Position numbers and translations under genes: made by a program. Shown here in pieces: positions 42,962 to 53,338 of a stretch of DNA of 64,000 nucleotides; position 1 is the stretch's first letter, and each line of letters begins with the position of its first letter. Origin of the DNA: an uncultured Candidatus Saccharibacteria bacterium (lineage in GTDB: Bacteria > Patescibacteriota > Saccharimonadia > Saccharimonadales > JAGQNJ01); NCBI GenBank assembly GCA_965231045.1, contig OZ246406.1, positions 514,208 to 578,207 of the forward strand. Reading direction: 5' to 3'. The notes under the pieces were generated by a model. That model was not told the DNA's origin. It saw only the letters and a list, made by a program, of their open reading frames with translations, and searched no databases.

Positions 42962-43996
42962 TTATAACAGTTTCGATTGATCGTTAGATGATAATTTTTT
43001 GCCTAAGTGTTTATAGGCTTTGTGCGTAGCTTTTCGCCCGCGCGGGGTTCTTTCGAGCATGCCTATTTGCAGTAAATATGGTTCCACAAAATCTTCAATA
43101 GTGACTTTTTCTTCGGCGGTCAAGGCGGCAAGAGTATCAAGACCAACCGGACCACCATTATAGTTTTCGATGATTGCATTTAAGAGCATTCTGTCGGCAG
43201 GGTCTAGACCAAGTTCATCAATCTCTAACAGCTTAAGTGCCTTGTGGCTTGTTGGCTGATCAATAATACCGTCACCATTTATATCAGCATAATCACGAAC
43301 TCGTTTTAGTAAGCGATTAGCAATCCTTGGTGTAAGCCTGGAACGTCGTGCCAACTCCTGTGCAGCTTTAGTATCAACCTTAACACCCAAAATCCCAGCA
43401 GCACGTTTAACAATTTGAGAAATTTCTTCTGGACTATAGAACTCCAACCTATGAATCATTCCAAAACGATCACGCAACGGTGCGGCTAGTGAACCAGTAC
43501 GAGTAGTAGCACCAATAATCGTAAATTGTGGTAGATCAAGGCGCAGACTTTTAGCACTTGGCCCTTTGCCGAGCATTATATCCAATTTGAAATCTTCCAT
43601 GGCACTATATAGAACTTCTTCGACTGAACGATGTAGTCGGTGTATTTCATCAATAAACAAAATGTCCCCATCCTGCAAATTAGTCAGAAGACTTGCTAGA
43701 TCCCCTGCCCGCTCTACAGCCGGGCCTGAAGTAATTCTGATCTGGGCACCCATCTCGTTAGCAATTACAGTGGCCATTGTCGTCTTACCGAGCCCAGGCG
43801 GGCCATAAAGCAATATGTGATCAATTGGCTCGCCACGTTTTTTGGCAGCAGCAATTGCAAGTTTAAGGTTTTGTTTTATTCTCTCTTGGCCAATGTAACT
43901 AGAAAAATCCTTTGGGCGTAGAGTGTTTTCAAACTGCTCTTCTTCTTTATTGTCTTCAGAACTAGTTTGTATAATTCGCTCAATCGCCATATTCAA
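42962..43996 (-). CDS. ruvB: Holliday junction helicase RuvB
   Basis: [12 protein letters not shown] Walker [11 protein letters not shown], and the RuvB C-terminal winged helix. Confidence 0.96.
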   Translation of the reverse strand: MNMAIERIIQTSSEDNKEEEQFENTLRPKDFSSYIGQERIKQNLKLAIAAAKKRGEPIDHILLYGPPGLGKTTMATVIANEMGAQIRITSGPAVERAGDLASLLTNLQDGDILFIDEIHRLHRSVEEVLYSAMEDFKLDIMLGKGPSAKSLRLDLPQFTIIGATTRTGSLAAPLRDRFGMIHRLEFYSPEEISQIVKRAAGILGVKVDTKAAQELARRSRLTPRIANRLLKRVRDYADINGDGIIDQPTSHKALKLLEIDELGLDPADRMLLNAIIENYNGGPVGLDTLAALTAEEKVTIEDFVEPYLLQIGMLERTPRGRKATHKAYKHLGKKLSSNDQSKLL

Positions 43997-44562
43997 CCTT
44001 TAAGAGCCTGTCTTATGCGATCTTCGGTTGGCAGTTTTGTATCAACTCCAGCCAGTGCAGTTTGTGCGTCTTGCAAACTATAACCAAGTGCAACAAGCCC
44101 CTGAACAGCCTCGTCTTTTATACCTGCACTACTACTAAATATGTGATCAGTGTCACCTGCCACTAGTCCAACCTTATCTTTAAGATCAACTACTACTCGT
44201 TCAGCAACGCGTTTACCAACACCACTGGCTGTCTGTATGAATTTGGTATCGCCACCGGCGATTGCTGATCTTACTTCACCAGCATTGCCGAGATTAAGAA
44301 TAGCTATGGCCATTCTTGGACCAACCCCATTCACATTTAAAAGTTGCTCAAAGAGCTGCTTAGTATCAGCTTTACAAAAACCAAAAAGATCATGTGAGTT
44401 CTCGCGAATGTGCTCATAAATGTATAGCTTATTTTTGCCGCCGTTTTTCAGCACACTATGATCTTCGAGGGCAATACTAATCCCATAGCCAACTCCATTA
44501 ACGTCCAAGACTACCTGGTCGCCCAATACTTCACTAACTATTCCCTCTAGAGTTGCAATCAT
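43993..44562 (-). CDS. ruvA: Holliday junction DNA-binding protein RuvA
   Basis: MIATLEGIV start and a helix-hairpin-helix pair ([12 protein letters not shown].., ..[12 protein letters not shown]). Confidence 0.9.
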   Translation of the reverse strand: MIATLEGIVSEVLGDQVVLDVNGVGYGISIALEDHSVLKNGGKNKLYIYEHIRENSHDLFGFCKADTKQLFEQLLNVNGVGPRMAIAILNLGNAGEVRSAIAGGDTKFIQTASGVGKRVAERVVVDLKDKVGLVAGDTDHIFSSSAGIKDEAVQGLVALGYSLQDAQTALAGVDTKLPTEDRIRQALKG

Positions 44563-44577
44563 ACAGTTTCAATTATC

Positions 44578-45045
44578 TCATATGCTCATGCTGCAACAAA
44601 TAGCAGCCGCTAAAGCATCAGCTGCGTCGTCTGGCTTAGGCGTTTCTTTAAGCTTTAGATGTAATCGAACCATTTCTTGCATTTGGGCCTTGGTAGCACT
44701 TCCATAGCCAGTAATCGCTTGTTTGATTTGGTTTGGCGTGTACTCATGAAGCTCTAGGCCATGTTGTTTGCCAAGCAATAAGACAACTCCACGAGCTTGG
44801 CTTACCGACATAGCTGTTGTAACGTTTTTGGAAAAAAACAATTTTTCGACTGCCATTACCTCTGGCTTTATTTCTTTGATTAGTGAGTTTAGCTCGTCAA
44901 AGATTGTTTTAAGCCGATCACTGTCTTCTTGTTTAACTGGAGTTTTAATAACGCCGGCATCGATCAAAACATTGTTGCCGTTTTTTACCTCAATAGCACC
45001 AAAACCTAATATTCCCGTTCCTGGATCAATCCCTAAAATTCTCAT
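44578..45045 (-). CDS. ruvC: Holliday junction resolvase RuvC
   Basis: MRILGIDPG.., ..AVEKLFF.., and ..DAADALAAAIC catalytic acidic residues. Confidence 0.92.
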   Translation of the reverse strand: MRILGIDPGTGILGFGAIEVKNGNNVLIDAGVIKTPVKQEDSDRLKTIFDELNSLIKEIKPEVMAVEKLFFSKNVTTAMSVSQARGVVLLLGKQHGLELHEYTPNQIKQAITGYGSATKAQMQEMVRLHLKLKETPKPDDAADALAAAICCSMSI

Positions 45046-45518
45046 AATTTTTCAACTATTTTTCGCCAGTCAAAACTAGATTTGACTTTTATCCTTGGCA
45101 AATCTTCAAGCGGTATCCATTCAGGCATTTCGGCGTATTCTTTTTCTTGTTCATCAAAACCGTCAATTGAAAATTCACCATCAATAAATTCACACTCATA
45201 ATAAAACAAAAGTGACTGGTGACACGCTCCATTATCGTGCGTCATTTTGAAAAAGTTTGATTTTACATCTAGTAATTTTGGGCTAGAAACGTTGATGCCT
45301 GTTTCTTCTTTAACTTCACGGACCACTGCTTCTTCAAGGCTCTCACCTAAATCAATGCCCCCTCCAGGCAAATCATACCCATCGACGAACTGTTTTGAGA
45401 GCAAAATCTTTTTATCTTTAATAACAATTCCGTATGCTGAAGGTCGCCATGTTAAATCACTAACTGACACATCATATTTTTTGCCATTTATATCTACACA
45501 TGTAACCGTCTTGGCCAT
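45042..45518 (-). CDS. NUDIX hydrolase
   Basis: Nudix box GGGIDLGESLEEAVVREVKEETGI. Confidence 0.8.
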   Translation of the reverse strand: MAKTVTCVDINGKKYDVSVSDLTWRPSAYGIVIKDKKILLSKQFVDGYDLPGGGIDLGESLEEAVVREVKEETGINVSSPKLLDVKSNFFKMTHDNGACHQSLLFYYECEFIDGEFSIDGFDEQEKEYAEMPEWIPLEDLPRIKVKSSFDWRKIVEKL

Positions 45519-45521
45519 CAG

Positions 45522-46238
45522 CTATTCCTTAATATCAAAGTTAGTATGGGTGTTTACGACATCATCACAATCCTCGAGCGCATCCATAACTCGCATGAGC
45601 TTGCCGATTGTTGCTTCGTCGGTAATTTCTACTGTATTGTTTGGTACAAATGTTAGCTCAGCTTCTTTTATCTTCAAACCCTGCTTGTTAAGTTCATCTC
45701 GAACTTTATTTAGCTCCTTGGGTTCAGTGTATACAATCGTTTCATTATCTTCTTCTACGGCATCATCGGCACCAGCATCCAAAACTTGTAAAAGTAAATC
45801 TTCGCCCGTACCTTCAACTCTGATCATACCTTTTCTATCAAACTGAAAGGCTACTGCGCCTTTTTCGGCAATGCTTCCACCATGTTTGCTAAAGGCTAAT
45901 TTTACTTCTGGGTAAGTTCGGTTAACATTATCAGTTGCACACTCAACTAAAACTGCTGCGCCACCGGGCCCGTAACCTTCATACATAACTTCCTGGATTT
46001 GATCACCACCAAGTTTACCGGAGCCACGATCGATTGAGCGTTGAATATTAGCATTGGGTACATTTGCAGCCTTAGCTTTATCAATCGCCAAACGAAGCGC
46101 AAAGTTAGTATCAGGATCGGCCCCACCACGAGCGGCAACTGCAATAGTATTGCCAAGTTTTGTAAACAAAGCACCACGCTTTGCATCATTAGCGCCTTTT
46201 TGTCGTTTAATGGTTTCCCATTTGCTATGTCCGGACAT
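45522..46238 (-). CDS. yebC: YebC/PmpR-family DNA-binding transcriptional regulator
   Basis: MSGHSKWETIKRQKGANDAKRG N-terminus is diagnostic. Confidence 0.93.
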   Translation of the reverse strand: MSGHSKWETIKRQKGANDAKRGALFTKLGNTIAVAARGGADPDTNFALRLAIDKAKAANVPNANIQRSIDRGSGKLGGDQIQEVMYEGYGPGGAAVLVECATDNVNRTYPEVKLAFSKHGGSIAEKGAVAFQFDRKGMIRVEGTGEDLLLQVLDAGADDAVEEDNETIVYTEPKELNKVRDELNKQGLKIKEAELTFVPNNTVEITDEATIGKLMRVMDALEDCDDVVNTHTNFDIKE

Positions 46239-47689
46239 TAAAAACTCTCTTTCTTATCTGTTATTATATCATCGTTTGGTTTATTTTTAAGCGTCAATAT
46301 TATTACGATGATACCTATTAAGGCATAGATGCAGAGCAACATAACATTGCTAATTGGATAGTTAATAATGCTGTGGGGGAGGTTGCTGAAATATTTAGCC
46401 ACATCAAGCATGTATGCAAGAACAATTTTGGCTGGTAATGCTATGATCCCAGAAACCTGAGCGAACAGCATACCAGCAAGGCCTGCAAAAAGCGATAAAA
46501 GCATAGCCAACGGAACAAAAGGTACAACCAGAAGATTTGCAAAAATACTAAACAAGGACATTTGCCCAAAAACATACAAAATAATTGGCATCGTCATAAC
46601 TTGAGCGGCCAACGTTTCGGCCAGTAAGTAAACAATAATTGGTGGTTTAGATTTCTTAGAAAACTTCTTAACTAGCAACGGGGCAATAACTAGTACGCCA
46701 AAGAATGCCAAAAACGAAAGATACCAACTTATATCAGACCAAATATAAATCGGATAATATCCAGCCGTTAATGCAGCAACTAGGGCAATAAGAACCATTG
46801 GCCTGATTTTCCGACCATAGTACCAGGCCACAATACTTAAGCCACTAACCATTGCAGCTCTAAAAATCGAGGGACTATTGCCGACTAACAGCACGAACAA
46901 AAATATCAAGCTTAGTGAAAAAATGACAGCTTGATATCTGGATTTTTTAGCTATAAGTTTTTTAACCGAGTCAATAATTATGGTGAGATTGTAGCCAGAT
47001 ACAGCCACGATGTGCGTTAGTCCGGCTGCGGTTAGCGCCAAGGTTACCTCACTTGGCAATGTACTTCGCTGGCCGATCAACAAACCTAGTGCAAACGAAC
47101 CCAGTGGCTCAGGCAAGGCTGTAAACACCCCAGCAATAAACCTATGACGTACTTTACTTATTAGGTCTTCGTGATGATCAAGCACTTTGGTTGTGCTGTA
47201 CTGCATGCTTCCCTGTTTGCCTCCTCTAATCGGGAAAATCTTACCACTTACTTCAACTCGATCCCCTCTATAAACCATCGATGCGCCGAAACCGGAAACC
47301 GAAATCTGACCGGCTAGTTTTTTATTCGATTCTCTAATAACAACATGATCAACTACAAAATCTAGTTGGGAATGATCACCATATGCACCGTCTTGTACTA
47401 CCGTGCCAGTTATAACAATTGGCTTTTTATAAATCGAATCGTACTCTTTCAGACGGTTCATAAACTGAGACCCACGAAAAATGCCAAACAAAAAACACGA
47501 GGCCAATAATATTGTTACGGAGATTGTTCGAAACTTTTTCCTTATCAGAACACCAAACCCGGCAAGAAGCACCGGGCAGATTAGTTCAATACTAAGTCCG
47601 GCCCTTGCTACAGCTATTCCAGCCAATAACAAAAGTAAGGCCCAAAGAATAATCGTTGTTCGCCTTACTCGACTTAACATGTTTGCCAT
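46238..47689 (-). CDS. comEC: ComEC/Rec2-family DNA internalisation channel (competence domain only, no metallo-beta-lactamase domain)
   Basis: 483 aa, polytopic, with GLTHIVAVSGYNLTII and an N-terminal OB-like segment. Confidence 0.8.
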   Translation of the reverse strand: MANMLSRVRRTTIILWALLLLLAGIAVARAGLSIELICPVLLAGFGVLIRKKFRTISVTILLASCFLFGIFRGSQFMNRLKEYDSIYKKPIVITGTVVQDGAYGDHSQLDFVVDHVVIRESNKKLAGQISVSGFGASMVYRGDRVEVSGKIFPIRGGKQGSMQYSTTKVLDHHEDLISKVRHRFIAGVFTALPEPLGSFALGLLIGQRSTLPSEVTLALTAAGLTHIVAVSGYNLTIIIDSVKKLIAKKSRYQAVIFSLSLIFLFVLLVGNSPSIFRAAMVSGLSIVAWYYGRKIRPMVLIALVAALTAGYYPIYIWSDISWYLSFLAFFGVLVIAPLLVKKFSKKSKPPIIVYLLAETLAAQVMTMPIILYVFGQMSLFSIFANLLVVPFVPLAMLLSLFAGLAGMLFAQVSGIIALPAKIVLAYMLDVAKYFSNLPHSIINYPISNVMLLCIYALIGIIVIILTLKNKPNDDIITDKKESF

Positions 47690-47741
47690 GTTGGTTCGGT
47701 ATTATTCCATACCTCAGCAATTTAACAAATTGTAATTTTGA

Positions 47742-49571
47742 CTATTTGTTATTAGCGCCTATATACCCACCGCTTTGGTGAGCCCAAAGCTTGGCATAAA
47801 TGCCTTTTGTATCTTTTAGTAACTCGTAGTGAGTTCCAACTTGTACTACTTTGCCTTTGTCCATAACAACTATTCGATCCATTCTCTGAATTGTGCTAAG
47901 TCTATGCGCAATCACAAGTGCTGTGCGCCCCTTCATTAATTGCCAAAGAGCTTTTTGAATATATTTCTCACTCTTACTATCCAGTGAGCTAGTGGCTTCA
48001 TCCAGAATAAGTATCGGGGAGTTTTTAAGTAGAGCCCTAGCAATAGCTACCCGCTGTCTTTGGCCACCACTTAACTTGATACCACGCTCGCCCACGAATG
48101 TACTATAACCATCAAGCAAAACCTTAACGAATTCATCTACGTAGGCTGCTTTGCCAGCTTTTTCAATTTCGGATTTTTTAGCACTTGGTTTACCGTATGC
48201 AATGTTCTCCTCAATACTGCGATGAAATAACAATGGTTCCTGAGGAACATAAGCTATGTGCTTGCGTAAATCTTTTTGGGCGACATCGCGGATATCTAAT
48301 CCCCCGATTTTAATTGCGCCTTCAGTAACATCCATAAAACGTAGCAATAATTTTGTTAACGTTGTTTTGCCACTACCCGAATATCCAACCAAACCAATCT
48401 TTTCACCTGGCTTAATATCTAAGGTAAATTTTTTGATAGCCGAAATATTATTGGCGGCATCATTATATTTGAAAGTTACGTTATCAAAAGAAATTGTCGG
48501 TTCTGTAGTTTTTGATAGTTTCTTTACTTCTTTTTTGTCGACAACTTTTGGTTGAATAAGCATGGTCTTCATTGATTCATGTGCGGCACTCATTATTGAT
48601 TCATAGCTTTTAATCAAATCAGCTATATCAAAAGTAGAGATGATTAATTTAATAACGTAGAGCTGGACTAAAATAACAATCGCAATAGATATTGAATTAT
48701 TTTGATAAAGTCGAGCCGTAAGTACTAATAGAAAGAAGGTTGCGATTGAGGCAAGAAGCATTCTTCCAAGATCAACGGGAATTGATGACATCCAAGTCCA
48801 GTATTGTGCGTTAGCATGTCTTTTAACAACTTTGTCCAATCGATTTTTTTCGTATGCCTCGGCACCAAAACTTTTTACTGTTGTTCCATGCCCGAGCGCA
48901 TCTCCAACTACTCCAGCAGTCTCACTACTCGTTTCGCTCAGCAGTCGTCTGTACTTTAGTCGCCAGGTAGTACTTAACATTGTAAATGCCAGTACCAAAC
49001 CCATAGAGGCTATTGTAACCACAGCCAACGAAACCGACTGCCAAGCAATAATTGCGATGCTGCTAACAACAATAATAAGTTGTTTTGTAACACCATTAGT
49101 AAGAACGACCTCGTATTCATTAAATGCTTCTCGTATACGAGTTGCTTGTGAGCCAAGACTACCAAGATAAGTATTGTTAAAAAACTCGTAGTCCTTATCT
49201 AAGTAATTACTGAACACCGTCTTCTGCAAGTACTCTGTTCCAATGCGCCCATTGCGACAAATTGCTAATCCGCCTAATCCCCACAGAACACAATAAGCAA
49301 TCGCCAAAAAGATTACATTAATTGCATAATGACTAACTTGGTCGAACTTACGAGTCACAATTGCTTGTAGGCTATAAGCTATAGCAAAAGGAATTAGGAT
49401 GTTATAAATAAACAGAGCTGGTGGACGAGTAAATAACCAAATAACAAACGTTGGCCAATCAGCAAGATTAGCTCGCCAGAATAGAATGTGAGTTGCTCGT
49501 GATGCCTCCCGATCCCTTGCAGTAAAAGTTTTAGACATGACAAGTATTATTCCACGAAAAAAGTCATCCAC
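47742..49571 (-). CDS. ABC exporter, fused permease/ATPase (MsbA-like half transporter)
   Basis: 6-TM domain plus GYSGSGKTT Walker A, LSGGQRQRVAIARAL signature and ILILDEATS Walker B. The track start is GTG at 49571; an ATG at 49538 is an alternative. Confidence 0.9.
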   Translation of the reverse strand: MDDFFRGIILVMSKTFTARDREASRATHILFWRANLADWPTFVIWLFTRPPALFIYNILIPFAIAYSLQAIVTRKFDQVSHYAINVIFLAIAYCVLWGLGGLAICRNGRIGTEYLQKTVFSNYLDKDYEFFNNTYLGSLGSQATRIREAFNEYEVVLTNGVTKQLIIVVSSIAIIAWQSVSLAVVTIASMGLVLAFTMLSTTWRLKYRRLLSETSSETAGVVGDALGHGTTVKSFGAEAYEKNRLDKVVKRHANAQYWTWMSSIPVDLGRMLLASIATFFLLVLTARLYQNNSISIAIVILVQLYVIKLIISTFDIADLIKSYESIMSAAHESMKTMLIQPKVVDKKEVKKLSKTTEPTISFDNVTFKYNDAANNISAIKKFTLDIKPGEKIGLVGYSGSGKTTLTKLLLRFMDVTEGAIKIGGLDIRDVAQKDLRKHIAYVPQEPLLFHRSIEENIAYGKPSAKKSEIEKAGKAAYVDEFVKVLLDGYSTFVGERGIKLSGGQRQRVAIARALLKNSPILILDEATSSLDSKSEKYIQKALWQLMKGRTALVIAHRLSTIQRMDRIVVMDKGKVVQVGTHYELLKDTKGIYAKLWAHQSGGYIGANNK

Positions 49572-49596
49572 AAAGGATGACCGTTTTGCAAAATTT

Positions 49597-49673
49597 TGGA
49601 GGGCCCAGTGAGACTCGAACTCACGACACCCTGCTTAAAAGGCAGGTGCTCTAACCGACTGAGCTATGGGCCC
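49597..49673 (-). tRNA. tRNA-Lys (anticodon TTT), CCA encoded
   Basis: GGGCCCA TA GCTC AGTCGGTTA GAGC A CCTGC CTTTTAA GCAGG GTGTC GTGAG TTCGAGT CTCAC TGGGCCC T CCA. Confidence 0.9.
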
Positions 49674-49677
49674 GCAA

Positions 49678-49716
49678 AACAGGGGTTATTATCTCTGTTT
49701 TAGGTGAAAAAGTCAA
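49678..49716 (-). promoter_or_regulatory. tRNA-Lys promoter (TTGACT-17 nt-GATAAT-AA-CCCCTGTT)
   Basis: -35 at 49711-49716 and -10 at 49688-49693 (minus reading). The CCCCTGTT block at 49678-49685 lies immediately before the tRNA. Confidence 0.5.
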
Positions 49717-49745
49717 CGTTTTAATAGTCTGTTACAATTAAGCAT

Positions 49746-49916
49746 ATGAAGATTATGATTTACGTTGGTGCTAGCATCGGTGGCCTAGTGGGTGCATATA
49801 TACCTATTTTGTTCATGCACGCTAATGGTTTATCGGGCTGGAGTTTGCTGGGCGGATTTATTGGAACTATTGTTGGTATCTGGCCAGGTTATAAAATCGG
49901 TCAATATTTTGAATGA
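49746..49916 (+). CDS. Small 56-aa glycine-rich two-helix membrane protein (below the ORF-track cutoff)
   Basis: Hand translation: MKIMIYVGASIGGLVGAYIPILFMHANGLSGWSLLGGFIGTIVGIWPGYKIGQYFE*. ATGA overlap with the next ORF. Confidence 0.45.
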   Translation: MKIMIYVGASIGGLVGAYIPILFMHANGLSGWSLLGGFIGTIVGIWPGYKIGQYFE

Positions 49917-50191
49917 AAAAAGTTGAAAGATCTTTTTGGAATCGCTTTTGGTACGATTCTACAGGTAAATTGTCAGTGTTTGAATCACCAAACATACCCC
50001 TGTTGCTTGGTCTAGGGTTTTTAGCACTAAGTAAATTAGCTGAACACACAAGCTTAGGTAAAACTTTGTCTAATCTTGAGTTTGGGCTCTTATTTGTTTG
50101 GTGCTGGCTAGAGATTACTGAAGGTAACAGTTACTTCCGTAGGCTTTTGGGTTTGTTTGTTCTAATAGTTTTGCTCTATAGCCGAGTTTAA
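49913..50191 (+). CDS. Small membrane protein
   Basis: 92 aa with 2-3 hydrophobic helices, coupled to the preceding small ORF. Confidence 0.45.
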   Translation: MKKVERSFWNRFWYDSTGKLSVFESPNIPLLLGLGFLALSKLAEHTSLGKTLSNLEFGLLFVWCWLEITEGNSYFRRLLGLFVLIVLLYSRV

Positions 50192-50680
50192 CTATTTCTT
50201 GCGCTTTTTGCTGCGCTTTTCGCCACCACTATTGAGAATCCACAATGCGATAAGTTGCAAGAATACAATAGCTCCAATTACTATGCTGTCCATCCCAATG
50301 AACTTAGCAGTTAACTGATTATTTTGGATAATTTCTTGGACTGATCCAGGCAACACCGCAAGCATAAACGACGCATAAACTACTCCTGTAACAATTAAGG
50401 GGACAATGTGCAGAATAGTTTTACCACGGCTAAGTGATCCTTTTAGAAAAACAGCCGTTAAAATCATTGGCAAAGTTAGCAATATAGCCTGACCATATCC
50501 AGCGAATTGAGTACTTCGAGTAAATGATTCAATCACTGAAAAGGCATCAGTTCCAAAATATCTGGCCAGCAACTCGCCGGCCATAACACTAAAAAATATG
50601 TGTGACGCACTAACGCGCATGAAAAGTCCAAGCAGTAGCGGTAGGGCAATTAAAGCGCCGATAATAATGAATGCTGTCAT
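50192..50680 (-). CDS. Multi-pass membrane protein, unknown function
   Basis: 162 aa with about 5 hydrophobic helices and a KRSKKRKK tail. Confidence 0.5.
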   Translation of the reverse strand: MTAFIIIGALIALPLLLGLFMRVSASHIFFSVMAGELLARYFGTDAFSVIESFTRSTQFAGYGQAILLTLPMILTAVFLKGSLSRGKTILHIVPLIVTGVVYASFMLAVLPGSVQEIIQNNQLTAKFIGMDSIVIGAIVFLQLIALWILNSGGEKRSKKRKK

Positions 50681-50704
50681 TAGCTAAATAATACCATGAG
50701 CAGT

Positions 50705-51232
50705 TTAAAAATAGAGCTGTTGACCTTCTGATAGACCAAGTTTTTGAGCTCTGTCAGCATTGATCTCCAAAACATACTGAGCTGGACTACTAGGACAAAA
50801 AGATGTCGGGTATGATGATGGTGATACATTGGGCTCAACATGCACAATCTTTTTTTCTTTACTAAGCCAAACTATATCTAGGTTAAACTTCATATCTTTC
50901 ATCCAAAAACATCGGTCACCTTCGCTTTCAAATACAAACATCATACCTTCGTTACTAGGCAATGAATTACGGTTTCCCAACCCCTTTTCCTGCGAGGCTT
51001 GGTCAAGTGCAAAGTCTAGCCTAACTATGCATTCACTTGAGGTTAACTTTCTCAAACACGGTTTATGCTCTTGTAGTTTTTGTTGCCCTAAAATAACCAA
51101 CCAAAATAAAGTGGTTAGTAGTACAACCAATATAATTCCAACCACAATTCTGTTAGTGAGGAGAGGTTTGTTGGGCCGCTTAGGCGCCAACTCGATCTTT
51201 TCGGTGTTGTTTTTTGGCGTTTTGTTCGACAT
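50705..51232 (-). CDS. DUF192-family protein with an N-terminal membrane anchor
   Basis: ..GLGNRNSLPSNEGMMFVFE..FWMKDMKFNLDIVWL..YVLEINA.. matches the DUF192 pattern (from memory). The annotated start overlaps the rimK 3' end by 53 nt. Confidence 0.65.
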   Translation of the reverse strand: MSNKTPKNNTEKIELAPKRPNKPLLTNRIVVGIILVVLLTTLFWLVILGQQKLQEHKPCLRKLTSSECIVRLDFALDQASQEKGLGNRNSLPSNEGMMFVFESEGDRCFWMKDMKFNLDIVWLSKEKKIVHVEPNVSPSSYPTSFCPSSPAQYVLEINADRAQKLGLSEGQQLYF

Positions 51233-52082
51233 ACTCGATTATTTTTTCTGCTACATTTCGGCCAGTAACTTTTTCAATTCCAAAACCGGGGCTAGCATTA
51301 ACCTCTAGCACTAGTGGCCCACGATCTGAACGCATCATATCAACACCACAGATTGGCAGTCCCATAGCCTTGGCTGCTTTTTGAGCCGTCTTACGTTCCT
51401 CGTCAGTTAATTTAATCGAGCTGCCTTCACCACCTTGGTGTAAGTTTGAGCGAAAGTCATCGTCCAAGCTCTGACGCTTCATACTAGCTACAACTTTACC
51501 CCCAACAACAAAGGCACGGATGTCAGTACCGGCCGATTCCTTAACAAATTCTTGTACTAAAAAGTTCACGCCCTCAACATAGAAGGCCTGCATTACAGCC
51601 TCAGCCGCTTTTTGAGTTTCTGCCAACACGACACCTTTACCGTGCGTTCCTCGGGCAACCTTAATAATTAGCGGAACCCCGCCAGCCTGAGTTATAACGT
51701 CATCCAGATCAGCAGTTTCACGAGCAAACACGGTTTTTGGAATACCAACACCGGCTCTTGCTAGTAATTGTGTAGCGCGCAACTTGTCTCGTGTTCTGTT
51801 AATTGCCAGCGAACTAGCCGTTGAGTAGACACCTTGCATTTCAAATTGTCGAACTACAGAGCTACCATATTTGGTCAAACTTGTAGCAATACGAGGAATT
51901 ATTACATCAACATCACTAAGGTTTTCCCCTTTGTAACGAACTACTGGCGTACTGCTCTCTAGTGTTACGTAGCACTTGGCGTAGTTAATAACCCGGACAT
52001 TATGGCCACGTTCGGTTGCCACCTCTTTAAGGCGTCTTGTTGAGTAGTTGGCTGATCCCTTTGATAGAATTACGATATTCAT
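51180..52082 (-). CDS. rimK: RimK-family ATP-grasp alpha-L-glutamate ligase
   Basis: 300 aa. MNIVILS..NYSTRRL..HNVRVIN.. N-terminus, ATP-grasp core (..RGTHGKGVVL.., ..QEFVKES.GTDIRAFVVGGKVV.., ..GVDMM....GPLVLEVNASPG). Confidence 0.88.
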   Translation of the reverse strand: MNIVILSKGSANYSTRRLKEVATERGHNVRVINYAKCYVTLESSTPVVRYKGENLSDVDVIIPRIATSLTKYGSSVVRQFEMQGVYSTASSLAINRTRDKLRATQLLARAGVGIPKTVFARETADLDDVITQAGGVPLIIKVARGTHGKGVVLAETQKAAEAVMQAFYVEGVNFLVQEFVKESAGTDIRAFVVGGKVVASMKRQSLDDDFRSNLHQGGEGSSIKLTDEERKTAQKAAKAMGLPICGVDMMRSDRGPLVLEVNASPGFGIEKVTGRNVAEKIIEYVEQNAKKQHRKDRVGA

Positions 52083-52084
52083 GG

Positions 52085-53329
52085 TTAAATCCTCTGTAAC
52101 TTATTATTGAATGTCTTGTAAAGAAGCTGTAGTGATATCTTAGGATTATTTCCTTGCACATAGATTATAACGTCCTCTGGTCGTGCAAGGGAAGCAGCTT
52201 TTTTCAGTGCCGCCTCTTCCTCGATAATATGAAAAACATCTGACTTTGTCTCCACCTTAAGCATATCTGCAAATAACTTAGAAACATAGCCTACTTTTTC
52301 TTGGCGGAATGGATTATGCTTATCACTTGGCAAGCGGGTTTTGCCATCGATCTTGTCATAAATTACGAACGTGTCGAAGTCATTGGCAATGGCTTTAGCC
52401 GTCTCGGTAACTAAATCATCTGTGCGAGTTGGTGAAAGCCTTAAAACACCTATTATTTTTCCTTCTGGTGACAGGTGTTTGGCAAGTTTTGTTATTTCTT
52501 TCAATGATTCTTTTTCGTGGGCAAAATCAAATATTACATATCTGCCATCTTCTGTCTTAAAGGTAACTAACCGCCCACTTTCTTCTGTTGGTTCATAGGT
52601 CTTTAGGCTGTCTATTGCTGACTCTGGTAATTTGTCGTCAAAGTAGCCAATTAATGCTCCGATCACCAAAAGAACATTGTATGCACTTGGCTCAAAGCCT
52701 GGTTTGTACATTTTATAATCGGCAACTTGGCCTAGGTCATATTTTGTCTTTGAACCGTTACAAACGATCTCACCTGCTTCGTTTACATATAGATTAATAT
52801 CACCTGTTTTAACTTCATTTAATGAGCAGGCAATTTTGGTTACCATCTTTTTTGATGGCAAACGCTTTAGCTGAGCAGTAATAAGTGAATCGTCAGCATT
52901 ATAGACAGCATAACCTTCGTTCCCTATCCGAGAAAAAATGAAACTCTTGGCACTAGCAATATCTTCTTTAGTTTGGAGTGTCGCGTCTGCCCCTTTATGA
53001 TCTTCAAAAACATTCGTGAATACTCCGACTTTGTGGGTACTATAACCTAAACCACATGCCTTTGAACAAAATAGATTAGCTTCTAAGACCGCGCAGCGTT
53101 TGCCAGCCTTTTTAGCCAAAAGTGTAATGAACCTGCCTGGTGCATTGGCTGGGGCTAAGCCCCAAATAAGCTTGCTATCATCATGAGTTAATTCATGCTG
53201 ACCGTTTACCCACGCGCCCTCTGTATCAACGCGTAATAAATAATCAACGGTGGGCATTAAAACATGGTCTAACGCCCTCACTACCGAGGTCTTACCCTTT
53301 GTACCAGTTACGCTAAGTATAGGCAGCAT
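52085..53329 (-). CDS. Mur-ligase-family protein resembling the M domain of cyanophycin synthetase
   Basis: It starts directly at the P-loop (SVTGTKGKTS). It aligns by eye to CphA M-domain blocks (VLEAN..GLG, GVFTNVFEDH, YAVYNADD, SGRL, VIFDFAHEKESL, and an R.D-rich segment before FDTFVIYDK). Confidence 0.75.
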   Translation of the reverse strand: MLPILSVTGTKGKTSVVRALDHVLMPTVDYLLRVDTEGAWVNGQHELTHDDSKLIWGLAPANAPGRFITLLAKKAGKRCAVLEANLFCSKACGLGYSTHKVGVFTNVFEDHKGADATLQTKEDIASAKSFIFSRIGNEGYAVYNADDSLITAQLKRLPSKKMVTKIACSLNEVKTGDINLYVNEAGEIVCNGSKTKYDLGQVADYKMYKPGFEPSAYNVLLVIGALIGYFDDKLPESAIDSLKTYEPTEESGRLVTFKTEDGRYVIFDFAHEKESLKEITKLAKHLSPEGKIIGVLRLSPTRTDDLVTETAKAIANDFDTFVIYDKIDGKTRLPSDKHNPFRQEKVGYVSKLFADMLKVETKSDVFHIIEEEAALKKAASLARPEDVIIYVQGNNPKISLQLLYKTFNNKLQRI

Positions 53330-53338
53330 GGTTGTACC

